From the IMG/VR virus record IMGVR_UViG_3300029339_000415: a DNA stretch of 64,000 nucleotides, one strand, 5' to 3'. Below the pieces are notes generated by a model. That model was not told the DNA's origin and did no database searches. It was given only the letters and a program-made list of their open reading frames with translations. The first letter of the stretch is position 1. Each line of letters opens with the position of its first letter. Of this stretch, positions 9,248 through 18,726 are shown piece after piece. Source of the stretch: a virus. The translations under genes and the position numbers were made by a program.

Positions 9248-9471
9248 CTATGAATACATTAGAAGATATTTTAGTAGCATTAGGAAGTAAAAAACCATTC
9301 TTAGACAAGATAATAATTGGTGAAGATGGTGGAAGGCAGCCATTCACCAAAGGCGGTGCTAAAGCATATGAAAAATTGACAGAAATCTTATATGCGGTTG
9401 GAGAACTTACTAATACAGATATGAATAGTATTGTTGAAGAATTAGATAGTATAGCGAATCAGGATATGTAG
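9244..9471 (+). CDS. hypothetical protein (75 aa)
   Basis: SD ATGGAGGTG. Confidence 0.4.
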   Translation: MTMNTLEDILVALGSKKPFLDKIIIGEDGGRQPFTKGGAKAYEKLTEILYAVGELTNTDMNSIVEELDSIANQDM

Positions 9472-9483
9472 GAGGTAAGCGAA

Positions 9484-9687
9484 ATGGTACAATTACGGCA
9501 ATACAAAATGGTTGAAGGAATTGGAAGTCATTGGAATAAACGATGGGAAATCCAAGAGAAATATAAATATTTTGAAAATGGAGAATGGGTTTATTCCTGG
9601 CATTTAGTATTTTGGAGCAGTGATAAAGCGAGATGCGAAGAAGTGTTTGAGAAATATAAAAAATTAGGAGGTAAGCGAAATGATTGA
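9484..9687 (+). CDS. hypothetical protein (67 aa)
   Basis: SD TAGGAGGTAAG. Confidence 0.4.
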   Translation: MVQLRQYKMVEGIGSHWNKRWEIQEKYKYFENGEWVYSWHLVFWSSDKARCEEVFEKYKKLGGKRND

Positions 9688-9991
9688 GTTAAAAGATTTA
9701 TTGGAAGAAAATGAAACACTTGTAACATTTCATCTTTGCAATGAATATTGGTCACGGAATGCAATCACAGTAAAAGGAAATGATGATATTTCTGGTGCAT
9801 TAGAAATGACATTACATAGAATACTTGAAGCTGGTGGAACAGAAGATGATGTAAAGCGAATTATGGGTGCTGAAATTCCAACAGAAGATGAACTAAAAGA
9901 ACTTGAAGAGTTTGATGAATTTAGTTGGATAGATTTAGGTTATGTATTACCTGGTTTAATTGATTTATGGGAAGAAAGCGAGGTTGATTGA
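9680..9991 (+). CDS. hypothetical highly acidic protein (103 aa)
   Basis: SD TAGGAGGTAAG; strongly acidic composition. Confidence 0.45.
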   Translation: MIELKDLLEENETLVTFHLCNEYWSRNAITVKGNDDISGALEMTLHRILEAGGTEDDVKRIMGAEIPTEDELKELEEFDEFSWIDLGYVLPGLIDLWEESEVD

Positions 9992-9992
9992 T

Positions 9993-10967
9993 ATGACAAT
10001 AGAAATATTAAAAACCAGAATAGATGAAATATTAAAGAAAATGTGGGGTGTAAATGAAGATGGTGGCATCGAAATTTATACTGACTACAGAGAAAGAGAA
10101 CTTTCTGATAGTTTCTTAAAAGAGATATTTGAGCATGATAATCCAAGAGAGGCATTTAATGATGAATTAGCTGATTGGGCTATGGATTATGCAATGGAGT
10201 ATGGAGAAGATGAGTTTGAAAAGGATATTCGTGAAGAAATGACGGATGAAGAGGAAGAGTATTTTACAGATAATTTTAATGAGATATGGGAGTATGTAAG
10301 AGAAAATACATATTTTTATTACAACGCCGAGGATTTTAATAATGAAGTCAAAGTAAATATTATGGTGGATTGTGGTAATTGGAATTACGATTGCGTTTGC
10401 GATAATGTTCTGAATTGGTATGGAAATTCAGGAGATGGAAGTATTGACAAAGAATCATCTATGCTATGGTTAGCAAAAACACAAGGTAAAGCAACTGCAT
10501 TAAGAAAGGCATGTAAACAAGTACATAGGGATGATGGATATTATGTAGATAGAGATAAAAACAAAGACAAATTTATAGAAAGCTGCATACAGGAATTTGA
10601 AAATCTTCCATCACATATGGCAACTGTAACATTTCTTGTAAAAATGCCGTTATTTGATTTGTTTGATTTAATCGAATTACAGAATAAAGAATATGACGAA
10701 AAAGGAAAATATGATCCACGAAAGAATGAAAAATCAAAATCTTATATAGTTCTTGGAAAAGAAACAATGTGTGGGTTGTATGATTCTTGGTCTGGTGGTG
10801 GTTCTGTATTAGAAGTAGAACTGGATAAGGATGTTAAACTTCCTATTAAATATGCAATCTTTTGTGTAGAGGGATGTAAGATGCATGGATATGATATTGA
10901 TGAAGTTTATGGACTGATTGATAGTTGTTGGAAAGAAACAGTAAAGGAAATAAAAGAGGTTGCATAA
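9993..10967 (+). CDS. hypothetical acidic protein (324 aa)
   Basis: ATG after SD GAGGTTGATTG; DE-rich, several Cys pairs. Confidence 0.5.
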   Translation: MTIEILKTRIDEILKKMWGVNEDGGIEIYTDYRERELSDSFLKEIFEHDNPREAFNDELADWAMDYAMEYGEDEFEKDIREEMTDEEEEYFTDNFNEIWEYVRENTYFYYNAEDFNNEVKVNIMVDCGNWNYDCVCDNVLNWYGNSGDGSIDKESSMLWLAKTQGKATALRKACKQVHRDDGYYVDRDKNKDKFIESCIQEFENLPSHMATVTFLVKMPLFDLFDLIELQNKEYDEKGKYDPRKNEKSKSYIVLGKETMCGLYDSWSGGGSVLEVELDKDVKLPIKYAIFCVEGCKMHGYDIDEVYGLIDSCWKETVKEIKEVA

Positions 10968-11014
10968 AACCAAAGGAAAGAACTGTTTCTTGAAAAGAAA
11001 GAGAGGTACAAAAT

Positions 11015-11338
11015 ATGAAAATAATAATTGATAAAAGCGAATGTAAACCATTAAGTGACAATATTGAAGGCAAGTTAGTAGTAATTAAACCAGATTTTTT
11101 TAAACCAGAATTTAGAGAGGCAAAGTATCAGATTGTACTTGCATTAAGTGGTTTTGGATGTGATGCAAGTACAATGGGAAATGCGGTATATGTGGAAGAA
11201 GTTCATACTGATAACCCAGAGCATTACAGACAGGAAAGATACAATCTTATTGGTGAACCAACAGAGGAGATTATTAAGGAATGGAAATCAATGTATGGGG
11301 AATTTAATGAAAAAGTACAGAAAGTATTGGAGGTGTAG
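11015..11338 (+). CDS. hypothetical protein (107 aa)
   Basis: SD AGAGAGGTA; preceded by recurrent hairpin motif. Confidence 0.45.
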   Translation: MKIIIDKSECKPLSDNIEGKLVVIKPDFFKPEFREAKYQIVLALSGFGCDASTMGNAVYVEEVHTDNPEHYRQERYNLIGEPTEEIIKEWKSMYGEFNEKVQKVLEV

Positions 11339-11343
11339 GATTT

Positions 11344-11517
11344 ATGATGACAAGAGAAAGATTTGCAGAGACAAACTGGAAAATGAGTTATGAGGAATAT
11401 CAGAAATGCGATTGTACTGAGTGTAAAAAAGAAGAATGTCCACACAGAGGAGCATATAGAAGATTACCTGAGATTGATGGTGGTCTTGGCTTGTGTCCTA
11501 ATTTGAAGGGAGAGTGA
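11344..11517 (+). CDS. hypothetical Cys-rich protein (57 aa)
   Basis: CDCTECKKEECPH zinc-binding-like; below track cutoff. Confidence 0.35.
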   Translation: MMTRERFAETNWKMSYEEYQKCDCTECKKEECPHRGAYRRLPEIDGGLGLCPNLKGE

Positions 11518-11522
11518 TTAAG

Positions 11523-11822
11523 ATGATAAGCACAATAGAAAGAGATTTTATAGTAAAAAATGGTTTAGCAAGCTTCCCGATGAAAGAATATCCAAACTAT
11601 TGTGGAATTGAAGATATTGGATATATTTCACACGGAGAATGGGCAGATGCAGAACTTGAATACAAGGGAAAATTATTCAATGAAAATGTGGTGGCAGATG
11701 TAATGTGGGAAAGATTTATTGAAGAATTTCCTGATAAAGATGGAAATTATGAAGCCTTTAATCAGTATATGTATGACAATAAAAACGAAGTGTATGAGTT
11801 ATTAGAAGATTGGAGTGATTGA
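11523..11822 (+). CDS. hypothetical protein (99 aa)
   Basis: ATG in frame with track ORF 11514. Confidence 0.4.
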   Translation: MISTIERDFIVKNGLASFPMKEYPNYCGIEDIGYISHGEWADAELEYKGKLFNENVVADVMWERFIEEFPDKDGNYEAFNQYMYDNKNEVYELLEDWSD

Positions 11823-12126
11823 TATGGTAGATCAGTGGACAGGTGAATGGACGGAAGAAAAAGATTATAGTAAATATCCAAAGGAAAAATGGTGCGACTA
11901 CGATTATATGGCTGTATGGATCAGAGAACAGAAATACGAGCCAAAAACTTCTATGAAAAATTTAATAGAAATGATTTTTGGTTTTTACTTTGAGAATGAT
12001 GGTGTAAGAGAAAGAGGATATTTCGCAATAAAGGATGAAAGAAAATATCCTGATAATCTTATGATATTTGTTCCAGATGTAGCAGAATATGTATTTGCAA
12101 GTGGTGGATTAAGTGAATTTGATTAG
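11815..12126 (+). CDS. hypothetical protein (103 aa)
   Basis: ORF with SD GGAGTGATTG. Confidence 0.4.
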   Translation: MIDMVDQWTGEWTEEKDYSKYPKEKWCDYDYMAVWIREQKYEPKTSMKNLIEMIFGFYFENDGVRERGYFAIKDERKYPDNLMIFVPDVAEYVFASGGLSEFD

Positions 12127-12141
12127 GAAACATAGATTGGA

Positions 12142-12351
12142 GTGATGGGAATGAAAATTACACAGACAAGAGTAAAGCAGTATAACAGTACATACAAAAC
12201 AGTTATTTCAGTTGATGGGATTCCTGTATGTATTACACGAAGCAATAAAAGAGCAAGTGACATTGTTTCTTATTTATCAGGATATGATGTTGAAATTAAC
12301 GATGGAAAATTAAAGAAACAGTTAGATAAAATTAGAGTAAAGGAGCGATAG
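12142..12351 (+). CDS. hypothetical protein (69 aa)
   Basis: SD GATTGGAGTGA. Confidence 0.4.
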   Translation: MMGMKITQTRVKQYNSTYKTVISVDGIPVCITRSNKRASDIVSYLSGYDVEINDGKLKKQLDKIRVKER

Positions 12352-12353
12352 AA

Positions 12354-12578
12354 ATGAATAATATTTTTGTGATTGATAAAACAACAAAATGCAATTTAGG
12401 AATTCTTGATTTTACACCACGGAAAGATGACAGGATATCTATGAAAGCATCTAAATGGAAAGAAATAGAAGTAGTAGTTGAGTGTGTATTATATGAACCA
12501 TTAGAACATGCGACATTGGTTTTTGTAAGCATTGTCGAACCATACTACACAGCTATGGTAAAAGAAATTAAGTGGTAA
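12354..12578 (+). CDS. hypothetical protein (74 aa)
   Basis: SD AAAGGAGCG. Confidence 0.4.
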   Translation: MNNIFVIDKTTKCNLGILDFTPRKDDRISMKASKWKEIEVVVECVLYEPLEHATLVFVSIVEPYYTAMVKEIKW

Positions 12579-12617
12579 GAAATAGCAATTTCATTTTAAG
12601 ATTGGAGGATAATAATT

Positions 12618-12800
12618 ATGGCAAAATTTAGAGTTATGTATAAATCAACGGACTATGTATATTTGGATGTTGAGGCTGATTCATTGGAAGAAGCAAAGGA
12701 AATTGCAGAAAATACAGACGGTGGAGAATTTATTGAAGATGGAGCTGGTGATTGGGAGTACGACTACACAGAAGATGAAAACGGAAATGTAATTGATTAA
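12618..12800 (+). CDS. hypothetical very acidic protein (60 aa)
   Basis: SD GATTGGAGG; about one third D/E. Confidence 0.45.
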   Translation: MAKFRVMYKSTDYVYLDVEADSLEEAKEIAENTDGGEFIEDGAGDWEYDYTEDENGNVID

Positions 12801-12813
12801 GGAGGTCAATTTT

Positions 12814-12987
12814 ATGAACATAAGATTGGAAATGGACAACTGGATTATAAATGACGAATACATTATTACTAATGGTGTAATAGGATATGAAGTTTATAAA
12901 AGCGGAACAGAAGATACAGAGGCGGAAGAAGTATATTCAAGTGAATCATTTGAGGAGTGCTTGACTTGGGTATGGAATAGCTTGTAG
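12814..12987 (+). CDS. hypothetical protein (57 aa)
   Basis: ATG after SD AAGGAGGTCA. Confidence 0.35.
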   Translation: MNIRLEMDNWIINDEYIITNGVIGYEVYKSGTEDTEAEEVYSSESFEECLTWVWNSL

Positions 12988-13004
12988 AAAGGATAGTTGG
13001 TCTT

Positions 13005-13238
13005 ATGAGATTACATCTATTTTGGCTTGATAAGAATTGGAAGAAACGTGGTGATTGTGCCAACAATTATAACCTCGTTATTGATATGAAAAATAAAACA
13101 TATAAGGTATATACGAATGCCTTTTATGGATATTATCATCCAGACGACATTGAAGTTAAAAAGAAATCAGATATTGAAGATTATATAGAGTATTTAAAGA
13201 GAAATGGATTTATAGAAATGGAGTGCTTAAAATGTTAG
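13005..13238 (+). CDS. hypothetical protein (77 aa)
   Basis: ORF. Confidence 0.35.
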   Translation: MRLHLFWLDKNWKKRGDCANNYNLVIDMKNKTYKVYTNAFYGYYHPDDIEVKKKSDIEDYIEYLKRNGFIEMECLKC

Positions 13239-13552
13239 ATTATACAAAAATTACATTTAATGAGTTAGACAACACAGACAAGCCATTACAGGCATTTTAT
13301 AATTATGATTTAAAAGAAAATGAAATTAATAGCTTTTTGGAAGAGTACGCAACTGTTGAAGAAGTTCCAAAAGGTGTATCTGTTCAGAAAGTAGAACTAT
13401 GCTTAACGATTTACGCACAGCATGATTTTAAATTAGAAGCTTGTTGTACAGATACAAATAACGAACAGTATTGGGTTGAAATCAATGAACAGTTTACAAA
13501 TGCAGATGAATTTATTCAGATGATTTCCGATTATGGAAAGATAAAGTTATAA
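13232..13552 (+). CDS. hypothetical protein (106 aa)
   Basis: ATG after SD AATGGAGTG. Confidence 0.4.
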   Translation: MLDYTKITFNELDNTDKPLQAFYNYDLKENEINSFLEEYATVEEVPKGVSVQKVELCLTIYAQHDFKLEACCTDTNNEQYWVEINEQFTNADEFIQMISDYGKIKL

Positions 13553-13569
13553 GAAAGGAAGTATATGAT

Positions 13570-13842
13570 ATGAATAGACCATATGGATTTATCGAAGCTG
13601 ATACAGAATTCAGAAATGTAATTGATTGCTTAAATGCAAAGCAGAGTATTGATTTGTGGTTGCTTGAAAAATACACTGATACATTTGAAAGTGGAGAGAA
13701 ACATAAAATTAATGTGAGATATGTGCACCAATTATATGAAGGCAGAGAAAACATTATGGATTATGTAGTTGATTATATGAGGTTTGATTACGACAGATTA
13801 TGTATTGTGATTAAACCTAATAAATGGATGAAAATGGAGTGA
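13570..13842 (+). CDS. hypothetical protein (90 aa)
   Basis: SD GAAAGGAAG. Confidence 0.4.
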   Translation: MNRPYGFIEADTEFRNVIDCLNAKQSIDLWLLEKYTDTFESGEKHKINVRYVHQLYEGRENIMDYVVDYMRFDYDRLCIVIKPNKWMKME

Positions 13843-13848
13843 TGAGAT

Positions 13849-14115
13849 ATGAAAACAGTAGATAAATTATATAAACAGATCATAGAATATTGGGAAGCAT
13901 GTGCATATTGTAATTGCGAAAAAGATTTTGCAATCAATGACTTGTTGGAAAAATATGCTTTAAGTTGTGGAATTGATGAAAGAAAACTTGAAAACAGAAT
14001 TGATCTTACTATCAGATGTATGACTAATTCGCAAAAGAGAACATTATATAAGAAGATGTTAGAATCAGGAATTAGAGAATGGAGTGATAAAAATGACAGT
14101 AAAAGAATTAAATAG
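13849..14115 (+). CDS. hypothetical protein (88 aa)
   Basis: SD ATGGAGTGATGAG. Confidence 0.4.
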   Translation: MKTVDKLYKQIIEYWEACAYCNCEKDFAINDLLEKYALSCGIDERKLENRIDLTIRCMTNSQKRTLYKKMLESGIREWSDKNDSKRIK

Positions 14116-14329
14116 AGATCAGTTACACGAACTGAAACAGGCGTATTATTCAGAACTTGTAAATGAAGGAACTTTTGCAGAAGTGATGGGAGTTAATATC
14201 AATGAGCCGTCATATGAAATGATTGCAAGTATTGATGAATATGTTAGTGATGAATTTATTTATGAACACTATGATAGATATAGTTTTACAGAAGATGATT
14301 TTTTCTGTAGTGCGGAAAGGAGTGCTTAA
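14093..14329 (+). CDS. hypothetical protein (78 aa)
   Basis: ATG after SD GAATGGAGTGA. Confidence 0.4.
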   Translation: MTVKELNRDQLHELKQAYYSELVNEGTFAEVMGVNINEPSYEMIASIDEYVSDEFIYEHYDRYSFTEDDFFCSAERSA

Positions 14330-14330
14330 T

Positions 14331-14558
14331 ATGTTGGATATTACAAATTTATATGCTTACAGAATTGAAGAATTGGCTGTTGGAATTGTAAAGGCAGAAT
14401 CATATGAAGACGCAAGAGAAAAGGTGAAAGCAGCCTATTTGAAACACAACGATTGCTTTGATTCTGAAAGAGATTTTATTGAGTTAAAGGAAATTGCAGA
14501 GAATGATTCATGGTTTAGTGATAATCCTGATGTAGTTGAAGTCGATGAATTAATATAG
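14331..14558 (+). CDS. hypothetical protein (75 aa)
   Basis: ATG after SD GAAAGGAGTG; N-terminal 36 codons of track ORF 14223 are an out-of-frame overlap. Confidence 0.4.
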   Translation: MLDITNLYAYRIEELAVGIVKAESYEDAREKVKAAYLKHNDCFDSERDFIELKEIAENDSWFSDNPDVVEVDELI

Positions 14559-14574
14559 AAGTGGAGTGACAAAT

Positions 14575-14910
14575 ATGAATTATACTTATTTTGGAAACAG
14601 AATTGAAAGAAGCCCATTAGGAAATATGGGATTACAGTTATTAGAAGCTCAAGAGAAATTAGTTTCTCAGGAATATGAAGTTGAGAATCTTAGAATTAAA
14701 GCAGCTATGTATAAAGCATATTTCTTTCGTAATTCCATATTAGCAGAAAAATTAGAAAAACAAAGTGAAGAAAACAGAGATGCACTTATTGGAGAATTTG
14801 ATGGTTTTTCATATGCAAGTTGGAGAGCTAATGCTGTATATAGAACACTTGAAGATATGTGCGATGAAGGACTATTAACTGAAAAAGAATATAGAGAATG
14901 CAAAGTATGA
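14575..14910 (+). CDS. hypothetical protein (111 aa)
   Basis: ATG after SD AAGTGGAGTGA. Confidence 0.4.
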   Translation: MNYTYFGNRIERSPLGNMGLQLLEAQEKLVSQEYEVENLRIKAAMYKAYFFRNSILAEKLEKQSEENRDALIGEFDGFSYASWRANAVYRTLEDMCDEGLLTEKEYRECKV

Positions 14911-14939
14911 AACAAGAGTTTCAAGGGAAAGGCAAATAT

Positions 14940-15128
14940 ATGAAAGTAAAAGAATTTTTAGAAAATTTTACAGGAGATAATCATATTAAAATTTATGATA
15001 TGCATAGCTTTGATACGCATAGATATAATAATGCAAATGAAGCTATAAGACAATTTGGTTATTATACAATCAGAGAATGGAAAATTATTGATAATGCCTT
15101 AAAAATAACTATTAGAACACAATTCTAA
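14940..15128 (+). CDS. hypothetical protein (62 aa)
   Basis: ATG after GGAAAGG; start uncertain. Confidence 0.3.
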   Translation: MKVKEFLENFTGDNHIKIYDMHSFDTHRYNNANEAIRQFGYYTIREWKIIDNALKITIRTQF

Positions 15129-15135
15129 AAATGAG

Positions 15136-15324
15136 GTGAATTATATGCACATAACAAATGAGATGAATATGCATAATTGTCAATTATGTAGAAAAGAATG
15201 GCTTGGAAGATGTTTCGGAAAGAAATATGGGAAAGATGTATCTGTTGATAATGAGCCATGTAAGTGTTACGATTTTAGCGGTTCAGAAGAGAGACTAAAA
15301 GAAATTGAGAATAATATGAATTGA
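15136..15324 (+). CDS. hypothetical Cys-rich protein (62 aa)
   Basis: SD ATGAGGTGA; CQLCRK and CKC motifs. Confidence 0.4.
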   Translation: MNYMHITNEMNMHNCQLCRKEWLGRCFGKKYGKDVSVDNEPCKCYDFSGSEERLKEIENNMN

Positions 15325-15355
15325 GGATTTACTAGAAAGATTGGAGGTAGTAAGA

Positions 15356-15613
15356 ATGTCGGATATTACAGAAATTGTTAATATTATAGAAAAATCATGG
15401 GGAGTGAATTCTATTGGTTGTCCTTTTGGTTCATGCACAGAGAAATTTGCGAACGAAAAGATGATAGAAATTGCCAATAAAAATAATTTCCCTGATGATG
15501 TACTTAAATTGATTAAGGATAATCCGATTAAGTTTCATAAATATCAGAAATTTGATAATGGACGAGGTATAGGTAGATACTATGCAAACTTGATAAGACA
15601 AATGAAAAGATAA
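15356..15613 (+). CDS. hypothetical protein (85 aa)
   Basis: ATG after SD GATTGGAGGTAG. Confidence 0.4.
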   Translation: MSDITEIVNIIEKSWGVNSIGCPFGSCTEKFANEKMIEIANKNNFPDDVLKLIKDNPIKFHKYQKFDNGRGIGRYYANLIRQMKR

Positions 15614-15638
15614 TTTCCTAAAAAGAGAGGTTGTTATT

Positions 15639-15815
15639 ATGAGCAGAAAAACAAAAAATATAGATCACGAACTTTGTGATTATGATGAAGCATATGATCG
15701 TGAATCTGCAAGTGATATTGGATGGTGTGGTAAATGCAAAATTCCAGAATGTCCATATAATAAAGATTTGAATGAAAAGAGACGAATGGGTTGGAAAAAT
15801 CCAAGGAAACGATGA
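15639..15815 (+). CDS. hypothetical zinc-ribbon-like protein (58 aa)
   Basis: SD AGAGAGGTTG; CGKCKIPEC motif. Confidence 0.35.
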   Translation: MSRKTKNIDHELCDYDEAYDRESASDIGWCGKCKIPECPYNKDLNEKRRMGWKNPRKR

Positions 15816-15821
15816 TTTCAT

Positions 15822-16019
15822 ATGGAGGATAAGATGAGTAGAACAACAAGAAATATTAATTACATTACAAAAGAGTTAGATAGAATTAGTGGCTTAGACG
15901 GAATTGTAGCAGACAAAACGGAAAAACTTGCAATTGAAGTACACGAAATGGTAGAAGATATTCTCGATAACCATGCTAACGCAAGTATTTTTGATTATGA
16001 AGGAAAAGGAGAAAATTGA
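15822..16019 (+). CDS. hypothetical protein (65 aa)
   Basis: SD TATGGAGGATAAG. Confidence 0.4.
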   Translation: MEDKMSRTTRNINYITKELDRISGLDGIVADKTEKLAIEVHEMVEDILDNHANASIFDYEGKGEN

Positions 16020-16023
16020 CAAT

Positions 16024-16233
16024 ATGAAAATTTTCAGTTGGCAAGCAAAAGTCGGAGGTAATGTGATTGCAGACGGTTATCTGTTGGCGAAAGACCGGAA
16101 AGAAGCGGAAGAAAAATTAAAATATGTTCCATATCATGACACTCATGAAGTTGTCGAGTTAGACGATGACGATTGCGGTCATGACGGAAAAGAAATTAAT
16201 GAGCAAGGCATTGCTGTAAGATGGTTCGACTAA
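16024..16233 (+). CDS. hypothetical protein (69 aa)
   Basis: ATG in frame with track ORF 15973. Confidence 0.4.
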   Translation: MKIFSWQAKVGGNVIADGYLLAKDRKEAEEKLKYVPYHDTHEVVELDDDDCGHDGKEINEQGIAVRWFD

Positions 16234-16445
16234 GTCAAAAACATCAAAGGTCTGAAAGAATGGAATAAATAAATGACAAAAAAAGAAAATGAAGACTGCG
16301 AAAAAGTGATGAATGAAGCTATCCGAATAGCAAATAAGTGAATATTTTTCAGAAACAGAAATTGAAGAATGCGAGGTATTATCTATAACTTGTGCAAGGA
16401 TAAGATAAACCTATGAAACGGAAATTTCAAAAGGGGGAAGATGAA

Positions 16446-16742
16446 ATGACAATCAAGGATGTAAAAGAAGAATATAAAAATAAATATATAGAATTAGAAG
16501 TATATGAAGCAGTGAGTAATGGAAAATATTATCCTAGTAATTTTCATACGGATAATTGCAGATCATTAGGAGAAGATTCACCATATGGAAACTATACTGA
16601 GGATATGGAAGTAGGTCTATATGAGCTGATGGATGAAGAAGAATACAATAATACTATAATGGCAAATTGTGATATTTATGCAGATTTTGAAGATTGGTAT
16701 GGTGATAAATATGCAAAAGTATTATGTGTTATGATTAAGTAA
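16446..16742 (+). CDS. hypothetical acidic protein (98 aa)
   Basis: ATG after SD AAAGGGGGAAG; alternative ATG at 16413 lacks SD. Confidence 0.4.
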   Translation: MTIKDVKEEYKNKYIELEVYEAVSNGKYYPSNFHTDNCRSLGEDSPYGNYTEDMEVGLYELMDEEEYNNTIMANCDIYADFEDWYGDKYAKVLCVMIK

Positions 16743-16777
16743 ACAATTAGATACTATTAGAAATGGTGGTAAAATTT

Positions 16778-16972
16778 ATGGATAGGAAAGAATATTTATT
16801 AAGACAGGTACTAAAGTTATTTAAGCAACAAAAAGAAAGTCGTTATGTTTTAAATATTGAAGAGATGACTGTTATATACGATGGAACTGAATGTGATGGA
16901 AGTTGTCTTTGTGATGATATTATGGAAGAATTAGGAATTGACAGCTTAGAAGATATTGAGGATGAGAAATAA
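16778..16972 (+). CDS. hypothetical protein (64 aa)
   Basis: ATG after SD AATGGTGGT. Confidence 0.35.
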   Translation: MDRKEYLLRQVLKLFKQQKESRYVLNIEEMTVIYDGTECDGSCLCDDIMEELGIDSLEDIEDEK

Positions 16973-17009
16973 AGTGTGATATAATATGTAAGAAAGAAGG
17001 TTGATGAAT

Positions 17010-17525
17010 ATGGCAGGATATAGCGGATGGTCAATGAGTAACAATGCGGTTGATGCTTATTCAAATGGGGAGAAACCATTAAGTAAATGGACAAAGGCAG
17101 ATATTTTTGATACAATAGAAGAACAGGAAATTGAATTAAAATGCTCAATGGAAAAATTTAAGAAACTACCTGTGAAAGTTTTAAAAGAAGTTTGTTTGAG
17201 GTATTCTTCGTGGCATCATACAAGTAATCATTATAATCAGACAGATTTTTATTCTTTGGATATAAGCAGAATAGAAAATTTAACAGATGAAAAAATTGAT
17301 AGATTACTTGCAGATTACAAGGCAGAGAAAAAGAATGAAGAAAAGCCTACTGAAGAGAAATGGAGATGTGCTTTTTTAGAATGGTCTGGAACTAGAAAAC
17401 ATCCAGTTGCAAAAGAAATAGTCGAAGAGGGTATTGTAAAAGGCGATTGGTTCTATCGTAAAAATGGAACTAAAAAGAAAACAACAGCAAATGGGTTTGA
17501 ATTTATTAAAAAATTGGAGGAATGA
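17010..17525 (+). CDS. hypothetical protein (171 aa)
   Basis: ATG after SD AAGAAGGTTGA. Confidence 0.45.
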   Translation: MAGYSGWSMSNNAVDAYSNGEKPLSKWTKADIFDTIEEQEIELKCSMEKFKKLPVKVLKEVCLRYSSWHHTSNHYNQTDFYSLDISRIENLTDEKIDRLLADYKAEKKNEEKPTEEKWRCAFLEWSGTRKHPVAKEIVEEGIVKGDWFYRKNGTKKKTTANGFEFIKKLEE

Positions 17526-17803
17526 TAATAATGGCATTTATAAACGAACAAGGAATAAAAATTAGTTTTGAATGTTCAGATTTAATCAAAGAACTTAAAG
17601 AAGATATTACTGAATTTGGTGGCGACACAGTTGTTGCTGTTTGGTGTAAGGATAATTCAGGAGTTACATTATATGTAAATTATGATTTTATTAATGAAGA
17701 ACAGCCAATAACTGAAAAAGAAGTAGACAAAGATGAATACATACAAAAAATGACAATGAGTGCATTATTAATATTACTAGAAAAACAAAATGAAATTTTG
17801 TAA
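17522..17803 (+). CDS. hypothetical protein (93 aa)
   Basis: SD AATTGGAGGA. Confidence 0.4.
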   Translation: MIIMAFINEQGIKISFECSDLIKELKEDITEFGGDTVVAVWCKDNSGVTLYVNYDFINEEQPITEKEVDKDEYIQKMTMSALLILLEKQNEIL

Positions 17804-17833
17804 TTAAGAATAAAATATAATATTAATTAAATT

Positions 17834-17866
17834 GAGACGGATAATTATATATTATCTGTCTTTTTT
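17834..17866 (+). terminator. rho-independent terminator
   Basis: GAGACGGATAAT / ATTATCTGTCT hairpin followed by TTTTTT. Confidence 0.5.
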
Positions 17867-17885
17867 ATTGGATTGGAGTGATATT

Positions 17886-18089
17886 ATGAGAAGAGAATTT
17901 AAAGTAAATAAAACAAAATGTGCGATAGTAAATCGTAATACTGGCAATCTGGAAATTAACAAATATAATCAAAAATATGAAGTTAGGTGTTTTTCACAAA
18001 AATATAATGGTTGGATTAGGTTGTGTAGTTGTGCAACTATCTCTGAAGGAAGAGAAAAGGCTGTACAAATATTATCATTGGCGATATAA
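17886..18089 (+). CDS. hypothetical protein (67 aa)
   Basis: ATG after SD GGATTGGAGTGA. Confidence 0.4.
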   Translation: MRREFKVNKTKCAIVNRNTGNLEINKYNQKYEVRCFSQKYNGWIRLCSCATISEGREKAVQILSLAI

Positions 18090-18119
18090 TATGTATATAA
18101 TTATTTTTGGAGGTACAAT

Positions 18120-18368
18120 ATGACAAAATTGGGGTTATTAGAAGCGTTTCAATATGCTGTCGAAACAGTAAATGTTACAAAATTTGAAGAAGCTTTAATA
18201 ATATTTTCTGTTGAGTATGGTGTTCAGATACCAAGGGAGGCGGCAGAGTTAATTAAAGCTCAAGATGATAATTTGTCAAAAGAAAAATTAAAGGAAATTA
18301 TGCTAAAGATACAAATGCCTATCTATAATTATATTAAGACAAATGGCAATGTTAATGAGTTAAAGTAA
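18120..18368 (+). CDS. hypothetical protein (82 aa)
   Basis: SD TTTGGAGGTA. Confidence 0.4.
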   Translation: MTKLGLLEAFQYAVETVNVTKFEEALIIFSVEYGVQIPREAAELIKAQDDNLSKEKLKEIMLKIQMPIYNYIKTNGNVNELK

Positions 18369-18393
18369 CAAATAGAATAATAGAGAATATAGT

Positions 18394-18426
18394 AAGAGAC
18401 TTGTAAAAGCAAGTCTCTTATTTTTA
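18394..18426 (+). terminator. rho-independent terminator
   Basis: AAGAGACTTG / CAAGTCTCTT hairpin followed by ATTTTTAT. Confidence 0.5.
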
Positions 18427-18446
18427 TGGAAAGAACGGTGATTACT

Positions 18447-18671
18447 ATGTTTGATTACAAAGAATTTAAGAAGGAAATGTGCAAAAGAGGACATGAAGTA
18501 CATAAACATGGAGATTATATAACTATTGAACCCAATAATAATTATGAAGGATATAATAAAGGATTTTTATATGCATCAGATGTCATTAAAGGATTTGAGC
18601 ATGAATTAAGACTTATTTATATGCATCATTTTAACACTTGGATATATAGTGCAAAATTTAAAATCATATGA
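18447..18671 (+). CDS. hypothetical protein (74 aa)
   Basis: ATG in frame with track ORF 18426. Confidence 0.35.
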   Translation: MFDYKEFKKEMCKRGHEVHKHGDYITIEPNNNYEGYNKGFLYASDVIKGFEHELRLIYMHHFNTWIYSAKFKII

Positions 18672-18726
18672 TAGAATTAGAATAGTAACAATGAGACGCG
18701 AATAGTTAAATAGGAGGATTTAAATT

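Noticed and set aside
14223-14330. N-terminal 36 codons of track ORF 14223-14558
   Set aside because: Met/Leu-rich junk overlapping the previous gene out of frame. A clean SD+ATG at 14331 gives the real 75-aa gene.
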